A stretch of DNA of 64,000 nucleotides, from contig NC_045696.1 of the NCBI RefSeq assembly GCF_009834535.1, positions 102,054,001 through 102,118,000 of the forward strand, read 5' to 3'. Both the position numbers and the translations under genes were made by a program. Below the pieces are notes generated by a model. It was not told the DNA's origin, did no database searches, and saw only the letters and a program-made list of their open reading frames with translations. Positions within the stretch are counted from its first letter, which is position 1. Each line of letters begins with the position of its first letter. Source of the DNA: Camelus ferus. Lineage: Eukaryota. This document shows, piece after piece, positions 51,351 to 64,000 of this stretch.

Positions 51351-52290
51351 TGGATAACTACTTTAAAATTGTACATCTCACTGTGGAAAATGTTCTTTTT
51401 TCTTTGCTTCTCAGTTTAAACTTCTGATTTAATCTGTTATAAATGTGTGTATGTGATTATTATACAGAGAATTTTAGTATAAAGAGACATTGGTGGGACA
51501 TATACTAGATTGTAAAGTTGGGTTACTTGGGAGGTTGGAAGATACAAGTTTAGGAAAGGAAGAGATGGAGAAAAGGGAGACATGCCAAAAAGGAGAAGAA
51601 AAAAAAAGACTATTAAAATAAAGCACACAAATAAACAGAGCGTATATAATATGATCACATTTATGCATTTGTATGGAAGCACATCTATGTATGCAAAAAA
51701 TAAAACTTTAAAATTTCATAGAAATGGGAAAATCAATTATTTTTTATATCCTGTTAGTAAATCACTATGAAGTGTGAATCCAGACTCAGTATGATATTGT
51801 GCATACCATGGAGTTAAAAAAAAATCCAGTGAGTTCACATATTACATGTAAGTCACACATCTTGACTCGCTCTGGCGGCTAAAGTGTGCTAAGAATCCTA
51901 AGTGCTTGATGAAGCCCTGAGTACTGGGTGTTGGCTTTCATAAGGAGACTGGCTCATGTTAATTGAATTTAGAATATTCCCTCTGGCATTCTCCTGTCTG
52001 GAGCCTAAATTAAATGCGTGGATGATAATTCATTTATTGAAGTTAGAAGCCAACAGGAATATAGATACAAAGTCTCTGCTTTGCTAATGTTGAGCCCAAC
52101 CAGCTTCTACTTGGCAAGTGCCAAAGCACCGTGCTATTCTTATTATTGGGCATTGGGAGATCTGAGATCTAGTTCAGTTCCTGCTGCTAACTCACAGGGC
52201 AAACTAAGGTGGCCACTTAACCCTTCTAGGCTTAGTTTCCTCATATATTCTGAGAGGCATTGCTGAGGTCACTCATTTCCTGTTCTCCAT

Positions 52291-52455
52291 TAGTGGTTCT
52301 CCAACTTGAGTGTACATAAAACTCACTTAGAGAGTGTTAAAATGCAGATTACTGGGCTCTGTCTCCAGAGATTCTGAGTAGGTTCAGGTGGGGTCCAGAA
52401 CTATATAATTGTAACAAGTATCCAGTTGATGCTAATGATGCTAGTCCAGAGGCCT
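52291..52455 (-). mobile_element. MER5A-like DNA transposon
   Basis: tagtggttctccaacttgagtgtacataaaactcac...gttaaaatgcagattactgggc...ccagagattctgagtaggttcaggtgggg...gatgctaatgatgctagtcc. Confidence 0.75.
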
Positions 52456-55400
52456 GATAAATTAAGAATTGATGAGTGAAATATTTGCATTTCTGAGTAA
52501 ACATGGTGAATCATAGAGAGTGAAGTAGGCTCAATACTGATGTTTTTAGGCTGAGGTAAATATCAGTTCACGCACTTGTAGGACACATGTAATTTCAAGT
52601 GTGGCAAAACTGAGTTTTTAGCGTAATTATAGTAAAGATAAAATTTTCCCCATATATGTTCCCTCTTCAGAGAATGTGACTGTATAAGTCTCATTTTGCA
52701 GGAGACTGCAGGAGTGTAGAAAGTGCTGCTAGAAAATTTCTGAGACTTCCACCTCTGGGAATAGTGACCTCCCTCTCGAGATGGCCACAGTCCCGCTTTT
52801 CCTGGTGGTCTCCCTTACTCCAGCCTTCCCAGCATGTGCTTCCTAAAGTCACAGCTAGGTGTCGCTCTAATTATGGAGCCCTTGGTCTCAAGGGGAGGTG
52901 TGCGCTAGGGCGTTACCAGTTCCTGTGTTTGTGGGTTAAAGCATGTAAGAGAGTGCCTAGCAAATTCTCCATATAAAAGGATCACAGTTAGGGATGGATC
53001 ATAAACTTTCAATCCCAAGAGGAATTGCCACTAAAAATAGAATAGGCATGTGATGGTGTAGGAGAGTTACCTATAAATGAGGTCAGGATAGGGCCTTCCA
53101 GTGACCAAATTATCCTGAATATTGAAGTGTCTGTTCATTAAGGCAGGATTAGTGTCATGGGTGAATGGAGCACCACATTTTAGTGATTTAACTTCTCTGA
53201 ACCTCACTTTGCATGTCCTTAAAATAGATACTGTGAAAACAAAACACAACATGAAGTACCTTCAGTTTCTTGACAGAATTGTTATGAGATCAAATTTAAT
53301 GCGTAGAAAATTATTCATAAATTGCTAGGTGTCATTAAACAAATTTTTACTAACAATGAGTTTTTCTAAGTCACCTTATTGGCTTTTTAGATGACACTAT
53401 CATAACATTCGTATTTGTTTATAATTGAACCTAAAATTGCCAGATATCCATTCTTTTCTTAAATAGCCATGAAGAAATAATTGTTTTCTCCTATTTTATT
53501 ACTACTGCATCCACTTTCATGGTAAATCCCAAAGGTAAAAAGATTTAAAAGAAATAATAATTATAATTTAATTTATCCTTGTGTGAATTCTCTTTTTGTA
53601 GTATTCACTGTACATTTAAATATTTAAAATTCAGAATAGTTTCCCCATGCTTCCAGATGCTGCTCCTGTAGTCATATCAGGCATTACAAAATGGAATACA
53701 AGGGCTTGTATGCAGCCTCTGTTTTGCATTATATAGATCATGAAGTAATTGAGCATGGGTGCTCTAGCCTTTTATTCCCTGCTCACCCATCCCTCCCCAT
53801 CCCTTTCTACCCCTACCACAATTATAAAGCCAAATTCAGATCTGTGTTTGGGTTGGTACTTAACTGCTTTTTCAAACCGGTTCCACTTCCCTAATTAAAG
53901 GCTCCTTTTCTTTGTAATGTGACTGCCAGTCCACACCTTGAGTCACTGACTATAGCTTATCCCATGTAATGTATGTCTGCAATCACCATTGACAGTAGCC
54001 ATCTCTGAGTGCATGGACACAAAAAATAGCTTCTCATCCCGCAGGGCGCCCAAGGGTAGGGTTTTCTCTGTAGCAAATTCTCCAACTTGGCAAAATAATT
54101 ATTATCGGAAATGAGCAGCATTGAGTTTTTATTTTTTTTCCTATTGTTAACACTTTGAGGAAATAAAAGTCTCCCAAAATGACAGGCGTTTGTATACACC
54201 ATACTTGCCAGTCACTGTTTTCATTTAACATTTAAGTTGTTGGGGGGAAAAAGGCACCTTTATCCTTTAAAGTTTGCTGCAGTGTAACTATTCCAGCGGC
54301 ACATGAACTATCTTACCTTTGATCATGTTGGTAATCTGAAGACCCTTTCTATTTGGGGTTACTATGGTTACGGCTGCACGAGTGATGTGCGAGCTACACT
54401 GCTGTTTTGATAAAAATAGGTATTAACTACCAGTCATAGTGCTTCTCATTTCACAGTAGTTCTTGCAGAAAAACAGCATTTTTTTAAAAGGAGGAAAAGA
54501 AAGAAAAAAGCCTTTCCAAAGAAGTGTGAGAGAACATCTGCATAAATAATGGTGATGGGTCATGTGTATAAAAATATTTTTAATTAAATTTTTTTTAATT
54601 AAACAGGGCATTTTGCTGAATCCTTCTCTGTTATTTGCACCAAGCTTAGCCTTGAGGAAGATAGCTGATTAATAGACCCAGGAACCTATAATTAAAAGCA
54701 GAACTGTTATTTTTGGAGAAAAGCCTCTTCAGTAAGGGTGACTTAATTGGGCTGTCTTTCATATTTTTTCATTTGTCATTGAACTCTCTGGTTAGAATTT
54801 TGATTTTTTTTGTTTTTTTTTTTTTGCCATGGGAGAAATGATTACGAACATTGTCATAATCAGAAGAATTTTCATTGTTGAGTTTTCTTTTTCGTGAGTC
54901 CCTTTGATCACACACTCTCTTCACTGTTGGTTTTCAATATTTAATAGTGGTCTTAATTCACTTCTTTTGCTTGTATTATATCTTCTTTTTAAAGTCATAT
55001 ATATTGTTCTTTTCCACCTCTTGTCCTCTCTGCCTTTGCATTTCAGAGTTTCAGAATACAGCAAGTTTGTGGTTTCTCATCACTGGTGTTATCAGCATTC
55101 TATAAGGGAATTCAAGAGAAAACTGAATAACTTTCTATCCGCAGACAAAAAAGAAATAAGATGTGATTTACAAAGTAGTCCCTTGAGCACCAGGGCTTGC
55201 TTTGAGAACAAAGACAACATTCATTTAATGTTAAGCAGCATAGGAAGAGATTGAGATGGTTTTATGCCCATACTCTAGGGGGAAAGAAAGTTCACATACA
55301 GTATAAGGTCCATGTCCTTAAATTATTTGCATAGTTATCTGTAGAGAAACTTGGGTGACTCTATTTTTTACTACCTAATATTTGGTAGAGAAGTATTGTA

Positions 55401-56464
55401 TTAGTATTGCTGTGGCAGAAGGGAAGCTGTGAGGGATCATTCAGGGTCTTTTTATTTATATGCTTTCGTTGAATTCCAGGGGGGGTTATTACACCTCTGA
55501 GGAAGTCAGAGGATATTAGACCAGTGTACTTCCCATTGAAGGCAGTAGGCTTCTAGAGACTGCAGACATACCATTTTCACCATGCAATCTGTGTATCAAA
55601 CCTGCACCCAATGACATTTAATGGTACTCAGCTGCATTTTCTGTGTCTGTCCAATTCCATGTTAAGCACACTGGGATAGCATCAGTTTAAAAGCCTCGAC
55701 ATAAACCCAGGTCTATAAAACACCATCATATAAACCCAGATTCTATTTTTGAGTAAATTTACCCAGAAATAAAAAGAACAGCTTGAATTTACAGTGTATA
55801 TCTCTTTCAAAGAACTCAGAAAGCTCCCATACACAGTATTTCTGTTACTTTCACACAGTTTTCTTGGGTAGAGAGGATCCATTTCTTAAGTGAAATAATT
55901 GAGGCACAGAGCAAGGATATGTTTTTCTTAAGATTTTATAGTAAGTCAATGAGAGATTGACACAAAAGCCAGGACTTCTATTTTCTTAGATGACTAGACT
56001 ATGTTTTTTGTAAGACACTAACATCTGTGTGATCAAAATATATTATTGATTGCAGCCAACTATGAAATCAGTAATGTCCTTATTCTACCCATCAAAGCAA
56101 CTGTGCACTTGAGTCAATATTTAGAACCCATAGCCACCAATTGGTAGCAAATGAAAAACTCCATCTGAATTTTTCTACCTAAAGAGTATGTCATTTAGTG
56201 ATAAGAGCCATTAACTGTGTACACATATATCATCTAATTTGATCATCACTACAGCCAATTACTTCCATTTTAAGAAAGTTAAGATCCTAAATACTTGAGT
56301 GGTTTGTTTAAGTCTACAAGCCTCATAAGTGGCAGAGATGAGAGACAAAGCATATCCAATATTCTTTGTCCTACACCTCTGCTGTTTCTCAAAATAGAAC
56401 AGTGAGGTGCCAATCAGTCTTAGCACAAAATGAAACCCAGTAGTCAAGTTCTCACTTTATTATT

Positions 56465-56730
56465 GATTTCATTTAGCAAAGATTTATTCAGCACCTGCTA
56501 TGCACTAGGCATTGTAGGAGTGACTGAGGGAGGGGGTGAGAAACACAGATCCTGCCCTCGAGAAACTCTAGTCTAAAGGGGTATATAAATGCAACAACCG
56601 GTAGTGAGTTTAAAAGATAGGGCAGAGGTAGTCAGGCAGTTTTGTAAGCTCGGAGGAAGGGCCCCATGAACTGTATCATTCTGGTGGGGAGAGGGTTCTG
56701 GGAAGACATAAAGCCTCCTTCACTTCAAGG
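56465..56730 (-). mobile_element. L2 3' end
   Basis: ttcatttagcaaagatttattcagcacctgctatgcactaggcattgtagg...gatcctgccctcgagaaactctagtcta. Confidence 0.7.
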
Positions 56731-57469
56731 TAATATTTTGCTGGATTGAAGAAGATGACATGTCAGTTGGAGGAGCCCCAAACTGTGTTTCTCTTCTACA
56801 AGAGAAAGCTGTATGAGTAGGGTATATTTTGTTCCCATTCCAGACCACAGACGACATGACCTGCTCAACATCAGCAAGATCTGCCTGGGCTCAGACTCCC
56901 TTTGGAGGGGTCCTGGCTTGATAATCCTGGGGATCAGGGTCAGATCGAAGGCACACACACTTGCTATTATGACAGCTCTCTCCTCACTTATGCAGAAAAG
57001 AGTCACACTCATGATCATTTGTCCTCCACGCTATTCTGCACCTCTTGCTGCAACCCGTGGTCCCAGTCCTGCACCCAGGCGCCATCAGCATAATTAGGAA
57101 AATATGCACTCTCTACACCTAGAGTCTACAGTTTAGAATTTAGGTTTGAAAGCCATAGAATTTTAGCTTTGAAAGGACCTTGAAGACAACCTCTCTAACC
57201 TCATTTTTAGACGGGGACCCTGAGTCTCAGAAAGAGAAAGTAAATGTACACTGAACAGGAATAGGTGTTCTTTTCAAGTGCAGAAACTCAAGGAATAATT
57301 TGTGAGAAATTTGGGAGGTTAAGAGAAGTTTTCATCACTTCTCTGCTTGATAATATCTATTTTTATCTCTTGAAGGCACTTTTGAGTGTCAAAGGGAAAA
57401 CACACAAGTAGAAGGAGTCATTCCATTTTATAATGGACTCTGATGGTTTGATGACATGAATAATAGCAT

Positions 57470-57710
57470 TAATAGTAACCACCATTAATTGAACTACAAT
57501 ATGCCAGACACTTTACATAAATTATCCCACTTAATCATTTCCCAAAAACCTATGAAGGAGGGAATATTTTTATCTCCCTTTTGCCAATGAAGCTTCCTGA
57601 AAGCTTAGTGAGGTTAAGTAGCTGGCTCAAGATCACCAAGTTCATTTGCATTGCAGTTGAGATCTGAACACAGGTTGGTGTGACATCAGAGTTAAGTTCC
57701 TAACCATTAT
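57470..57710 (-). mobile_element. MIR SINE
   Basis: caatatgccagacactttacataaattatcccacttaatc...cctatgaagg...gaggttaagtagctggctcaagatcac...gagatctgaacacagg. Confidence 0.7.
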
Positions 57711-60416
57711 CTTACTTCAAAACAGAGTTGTGATTAGCAGGGTCTTGGCACAAAGGTCTTCCTTCAGAAATCAGAAGCCCAGTTATGGGAAGTCAGCTCC
57801 CTAGAACAGAATTAGAGCAGATAATGGATGACAACCAACTATATAAATGCCTCGGGATATTGAAAGTGGATAAAGCAAGTCTCCAGGTGTTCTGAGGATG
57901 GGATTTCAAGAACACACTGAAAAACCATTTGAAGCAATTGAACAGCTCTGTGGACAGCTGGGAAACAGCTGTGGCTGACAGACCTCTCTGGCTCACTGCT
58001 TTGGGGAACAGAATGGCTCTGTTTAAATGAAAGCAGTTCATTCTCAGCAGTGCTCAAAGACAGACCTGCAGGACAGAAGTTTTGAAAGTCAGTGTCCAGC
58101 CCACACGTTCCATTTTTGTGTTTCATATTGTGGTAAATTGGATTCAGAAATTTGTTAGAGTGTTTCCTTGGACAGGAGGCTGGTTCCCTTGAGGGCTCAG
58201 CTTAGCTGACTGAGGGCAAAACCATGGGGCAGTGAGGCAACTAGTGAGTCATACTGAAGGCAGCACTCACTCTCAAAGTCGTGTAAGTGCAGTCAGCACT
58301 TACACAACCTGAAAGCGGGGACTTCCTGAGGGCAAGAAGCCCCGGGAGCCAGGAGGTTGAGCAGCAGTCTGGATTGAGTCCCCTTGCTCTACAAAGCTCC
58401 ACAGGGGCCCCTGGGGTTAGGATTCCTTGAGAAGTGGCTTCCCTCCTTCTAAAACACAGCCAAGAAAGGGAAGAGACTGACCTCTTACCTGGGTACAACA
58501 GATAAAAAACATTGTACTGTTCAATGTATTATTTTGATCTGAAATGGAGATAGCTTTTTATGGCAAGTGCTGTCAGGTCAGTGAGTGGGCAAAGAAGTCA
58601 TTGATCACAATGGGAGAACACAAGAGTGGCAGGGGCTGGTCTGATCCTCAAGGAGTTAGACACATGGCATGTGACCTTCAAGTTTCATTCATTCCTTCAC
58701 TCACTGAATCAACAGAATTAATTGACTGCTGCTTGCCAGAAATTATCAAAGGTATCAACGCATACACAGATGAACAACCAATACCAGTGATGACCAATTA
58801 TTTATCTAAGAGGACCAATTCAAAGAAAAGTTGAGATGCTTGCGGGCTATTTCTTGGGCAGGGGTTGGGGGGGGTTCTTTTTAATACTGCTTTCGCATAA
58901 GAAAAAAACATTAATCTGCAACTGAACTTCTGCATTCTTATATTATTTTCCAGTTCAGAAAGGATTACTGTAGAGGGCTAAAATTTCAGATATGACAACA
59001 CTAGTTCATAATGCAGTATCTGATGTATATAGCACTTCTGGAACTGGTTTCTTTTTCTTTTCTTGACTGACCTTATAAACTACTGAATTGCAAATTGTGG
59101 CTTGTATCTTGATATTATATCCTACAATGCCAGAGGTTTTTCCATTGTAAATAAGATAAATCACATTTTTATAATACAAACAAAAAGTTTCTCGGTAGGT
59201 CAGGATGCCATTTCTTACCAATTCAAGAGCGAGAGCAGCAGATTGACGAGGTAGTTAGGGGATAGAAAATCTATGGTACGTCCATACCAAGTGCCAGGCA
59301 TGCAGTGATGTTTAATATGTATTTGTTCCAGTAGAAGAACTCCAGGTGGAGTTGTCTTGGCAAAGGCTAGACATGGGAGTCTGTAGCTGAAGGAGAGGAA
59401 GGGATAGACTGGAGACTGGGATTACTGAGTGTGGATGAGTTTGCCCAGGGAGAAGGGAACTGAGGAGGAGTTCCTGAGCAACATCTGTATCAAAAGGATG
59501 GGTTTACAAAGGGGAGAGAGAAAGAGAGGCTAGAGGGGTTGAAGGGAAACTAGGAGAAGTTGGTCTTCCCAACACAAAGGAGGAGGGCACTTGGAGAGAC
59601 AAGAAGGGTCCGCAGAGTCATGTCACATAGCGAGCTCAACAGTCTGGAAGCCTGGCGAGAAAGTTCTGAGAGGAAGGGAGGAGAAGAGGAGGCCTCACAT
59701 GGCATCCTAGGCCATGGAAAGAGACTCTGCGTTCCATACTCTATCTTCTTACTAATTTTGCCAGTGTTTAGAATGGCTTTTTGTTCTTTCTTATTCTAAA
59801 AATAGTGCATGCTTATTGTAGAACATTTATAAAATACAAAAAAAAAAAAAAGGTTCAAAGAAGAAAAATGAAAATGTCACTGCTTGCTTTTATCACAAGA
59901 GCTGCTTTGTGACTTTTGGCTTGCCCTCCTCAAGCTTGGCTTGCCCAGCGGTGCTAACCTTCCATCCTGGTTTGGACATCATCATTCCCTCTCTCAACAC
60001 TAATCCTCCATAGTGATTGAGCTCAATAATGTAGGCCAGATAAACACTGGAAAATAAACTGATTTCTTAAGCTATAAAATAATACATTCTGAGTATATGA
60101 GTGATCGGTTGTGTGTGATGATCGTACTGAAGGGGACACACATGGATAATTAATCAGCAAGGAGGGCTCCGTAGGCACACATATTCACAAACCCACAGCC
60201 TTCTCATTGGTTCAGGCTTTCTTTGCTAAGCATGAGATAAGACATGAATTTGTCTAAGTGACTTCTTTTCTATCAGAGGTAGGGTAGAGGGCAGGGAGGA
60301 CTGAGGGACCATTCTGGCCTCATTCCCACTCAGTAACTCATGTTTTGCAAAATCAAAGGCCTGGGGGCTTAGCCTGCCCATCATTTTGTAGTTTCTATTG
60401 TGAGAGGTGAGCAGAG

Positions 60417-61061
60417 TATATTTGTTTGCCACGGCTGCTGTAACAAATTATCCAGAAACATTGCAGCTTAAGACAACACAAATTTATTGTTTTACAGTTG
60501 TGTAGGTCAGTAGTCCAGGCTGGCTCAACTGGGTTCTCTACTCTGGGTCTCACAAGGCCAAAATCAAGATATTGACTAGCTGAGCTCTTACTGAGAAGCT
60601 CTAGGAAGAATCCCCTCCCAGGCTCATTCAGTTTTTTGACAGAATCCAGTTCTTTGCCATTGTTGGATTGAGGTACCTGTTTCCTTGCTGGCTGAATGCT
60701 AGGACTACCTTAGCTTCCTGAAGTATCTCTCTGGCCCTTGCAGGTGAACCCCTTCATCCCAGAGTCAGCAATGGTGTGTGTACTCCTTCTCACACATGGA
60801 ATCTCCCTGTCTTCCCTTTTTTAAAGTCTTTCTTCTTGCCTTCTCTTCAGCTGCATCTCTGACTCCAGGCAAAGAAATTTGTCTGTTTTTAAGGGTTTGT
60901 GTGATCAGGTTGGACCCACCCAAATAAAAAAAAAATTCTTCCCATTTTAAGGGAATCTTACTTCCATCTGCAAAGTCCCCTTTGCCATGTACAGTTACAT
61001 ATGCACAGGTTCCAGGGGTTAATGCCAGGACATCTGTGGGGAGGTCATTCAGCCTACCACA
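60417..61061 (-). mobile_element. MLT1E-family MaLR solo LTR
   Basis: Minus strand begins tgtggtaggctgaat. The other end reads tatatttgtttgccacggctgctgtaacaaatta on +. Perfect 5-bp TSD cagag at 60412-60416 and 61062-61066. Confidence 0.88.
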
Positions 61062-62437
61062 CAGAGTGATAACAGGAATGATTGGACTCATGATATGACC
61101 CCTCTCCTACTGCCTCTTTCCCCCTTTCTCTCACACAGGCCCGGTGTTGACTCTTCTCAGTATTACTCTTGTTTACCCTTAGCAGCTTTGCTCATCTTCT
61201 TAAAATACAGGAATATGCACGCTCTACTCTGAAACCTTTCTGTAATGTCCCTCAGGGTCTGGATCCACAGGTTGGGGAAATGATGGTATAAGATATCTGC
61301 TTGTTTCATATCTTTTTATAGCAAGAGAAAAATTTAGTTGTGAAATATAGTTATGTGTCCCATGATCATGACTAATACCATCATCTCTTTCCTTACAATT
61401 ATTACATTTAATGGGTCACAGTGATGTTTTTACCTTTGATTGTTGACCCATCCAAATTTTGTCTGCTTTATGGCTCCACTGAGCTTTTCTCTGAACTTAT
61501 TTCATGATTTGTAGGCAAACCCCTGCCTACCTCATTCATTTTTTAAATGGCAAAATGCTTAGGTCATAATCCTGATTGGAGAATCCTTGTAGGACAGGGT
61601 GAGTCATCTTCACTCAGATACTGAGCACACAGCAAAGATTCCCCATTAAACTGCACCATGGCTCATTAAACCCCATTGGTGAGAAAACTGAGCCTTTGTT
61701 AAATGTTTATGTTCTGTGCTAATGTTAAATTTAGAACATTTCTGCTGTAGATACCTTTGGGGAAATTTTTGAAGCATTAGCTAAAGTGCCAACAGATCTC
61801 CGCTCATAAATTCCCAAATTCGGGATCTGGAAAACATCTCCCTCCTACCCTGGTATTTATTCTCAGATTTCTCTCTTTTTAATCTTTATATATCTTATTT
61901 ATTTTTCTTTTCTTAATGCCAAACCTCGTGATCTTCAGATTATCTTTTTTATATTCTCAGTAGCTACTAAGGACTGTACTTCTGGCCTTACAGTAAAAGA
62001 GGAAGTAGATTGTTCTAGAACACCATTCAGCCATGTTTGAAATCAAGAAAAGGATGTGTGATTGTCAGTGTTTTTATTATGCACTCATGTACTGAGGAAA
62101 TAATCTCTTCCTACAAAGCACTTACATTCCAAAAAAGGACTTAAACAAACACAAATACTAGTTCACAGAAATACGGTGGAATTAATGTGAAAAGAATAAT
62201 TTTCCTTATATAAGAGTAATTAGAAACCCTGTACCTGTACCTGTATGCCAAAAGAATCAGCTGGTTATTGTGTGGCAAGAGATGTTAAGATCTAGGGAGC
62301 CTTTCTCAACAGGAATCCAACAGGAGAACTAAACTCTACAGAAAATTATGTGAGGAACTGTTTTCCCTTTTCTCTCAAAGATGATGCTTAGCTGGATGTG
62401 TAGCATGTAAGTTAATTCATTACACACAATAAATGCA

Positions 62438-62990
62438 TTTAGTTCTCAAGCGTTTTGGTGTCATAGTCCCTTTTGGTGTCACAAACCACAATTCTTCAAA
62501 ATTAAGAAACACCTCAAGGAGTTTTATGCTTATGGGTGTTATATCAGTATTTATGTCTATCAATATTTACCATATTAGAACTTTAAAACATTTTAACATA
62601 TTTTTAATGATCTATTTAAAATAGCAAACATACACCCTTTACATGTTAAATGACATATTTTTATAAAAAATAAATTCATTTCCAAAACAAACAAAAAAAA
62701 CTTGCTGAGAAGAGAGGTATTGTTCTACACCTTTGCAAATCTCCTTAATGTGTGGTGGAGTAGAAGACAGCTGGATTCTCACATCTGCTTCTGCATTCAG
62801 CTGCACTAGCACACATCACATCACATCGCCTCTGGAAAATTCCACTGTACACAGAAGAAATAATAAGAATGAAAAATGCAAGTAACATTGTCATTTCATT
62901 CTGAAAATGGTTTTGACCTTGGGAATCTTCCTGGGTAGGTCTCAGGAGCTCCTGGGGGTCCCTGGGCCATACTTTGAAACCATTGCCCTG
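62438..62990. mobile_element. hAT-Charlie non-autonomous DNA transposon (MER119/Charlie-like)
   Basis: Termini agttctcaagcgttttggtgtc and gggccatactttgaaaccattg, with internal tttgcaaatctccttaatgt...tagaagacagctggattctcacatctgcttctgcattca. Subfamily recalled, not searched. Confidence 0.65.
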
Positions 62991-64000
62991 GGGCATTAGG
63001 GCTGGTTTCTCCCAAGGATTCTCGGTGAAGAGGTCTGCAATCGTGTGCTTGCCTATAATATTTTCTCTATTTCTAATTCTGTACCAAAATGATATATTGA
63101 TGGCCAAAATAAAATTGCAGTGTTTTAGGGCTAAATCATTCATGATGGTTTGTATAACTTCTAATTTAGAATGACCTCAGTGAAGTAACATCTAGTGGTT
63201 AGCTTTCTAGATTTGGCATTGTTCTCTGACCTACTTCAGAAGGGTTAGGTTTTCTAGTTTTATTTCTAGAACATGACTGGCAAAGCTTGACCAGCAAAAC
63301 CAACAGGCACTGATTCTGCTGCCAAGTCTTCACTGGGAAGGTTTGGGCTCAGAATAATTCCAGTATTCCAGCCTGTCCTAGGATACCTCAATTTTTTGGA
63401 AGCCTTTCCTTGAAATCTCACTACATACAATATTTCAGAAAAGTGGAAAAAGGTACTGGAGAATTTCCTGTACAGGAATTACAGGAGGGAAAAAGAAACC
63501 TACATTTTCCTCATAATCACTTTTTGGAAATGGAAAAATGCTACCTCATCTGTAAGACTACCAGCTTCCTCACCTGTCAGGACTGACATGGTTCAGCTGC
63601 ACAAGCCGGAGACATTTTTGATTCTCCACGTGTCAGGAACAAATGTCAGACATACTGATTTGCAACCACAGAGAGCAAAACCACAGTGAGCTCTCCAGGG
63701 AGAGCCAGCGTTTTGACAAGGCTGAGTGACGACTTAGAACAACAGGGGTGGGAACTACTGTGTGGTGTTGTCCACAGACCCAGGCAGGTCTTGTGCCAGG
63801 TTGCTGAGAGCTACTGCATTAAAATATCATTTGAAATTTAAATTCCTTGTGAAACACTAAAAAAAATGAGTCAGAGAGCTGCTAATGGAGATTCTAGGGA
63901 AGGAACTATCACTAAATCACCCTGAAGACTTAGAAATGACTGAAAAAGCATTAGGAAAGTGGTCAGTTCAAAAGTTGGCATTGGAAAAGAAGGGAAGAAG

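Noticed and set aside
31787..64000. Next SLC9A9 exon (expected VTVLAIF...GESVLNDAV)
   Set aside because: I did not find it by eye or in the ORF track. It presumably lies beyond the window end, and the preceding exon was likewise not found upstream.
1..64000. CRISPR array, operon, defence or other prokaryotic-type system
   Set aside because: The sequence is repeat-rich mammalian intron with no regularly spaced repeat-spacer array and no gene-dense region.

Overview
This is mammalian genomic DNA and is almost entirely intronic. The only coding feature I can support is one 116-nt internal exon (31671-31786, + strand) of SLC9A9/NHE9, an endosomal Na+(K+)/H+ exchanger, with more than 31 kb of intron on each side. 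The rest is a layered record of transposable elements: ancient L2, MIR, L3/CR1, MER5/MER33/Charlie DNA transposons, MaLR and ERV solo LTRs, old L1M fragments, younger cetartiodactyl-type L1 insertions with readable target-site duplications (TSDs), and two tRNA-Ala(AGC)-derived SINEs. The SINEs, and the absence of recognisable Alu, B1, Bov-A or PRE-1, suggest a camelid genome (inference). Nearly all ORFs in the supplied track are noise, L1 ORF2 remnants or microsatellite artefacts. I see no new multi-gene system. The most unusual structures are two independent TSD-bounded L1 insertions whose normal 3' end is replaced by foreign sequence: an mRNA-3'UTR-like segment at ~39571-39849 and an ancient L1M 3' end at ~35848-35994. 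Also notable are a near-perfect 122-bp tandem duplication inside an ancient MER33 and a repeat-poor, motif-dense candidate enhancer near 54 kb. Repeat subfamily names come from recalled consensus sequences, not a database search, and boundaries without TSDs are approximate.
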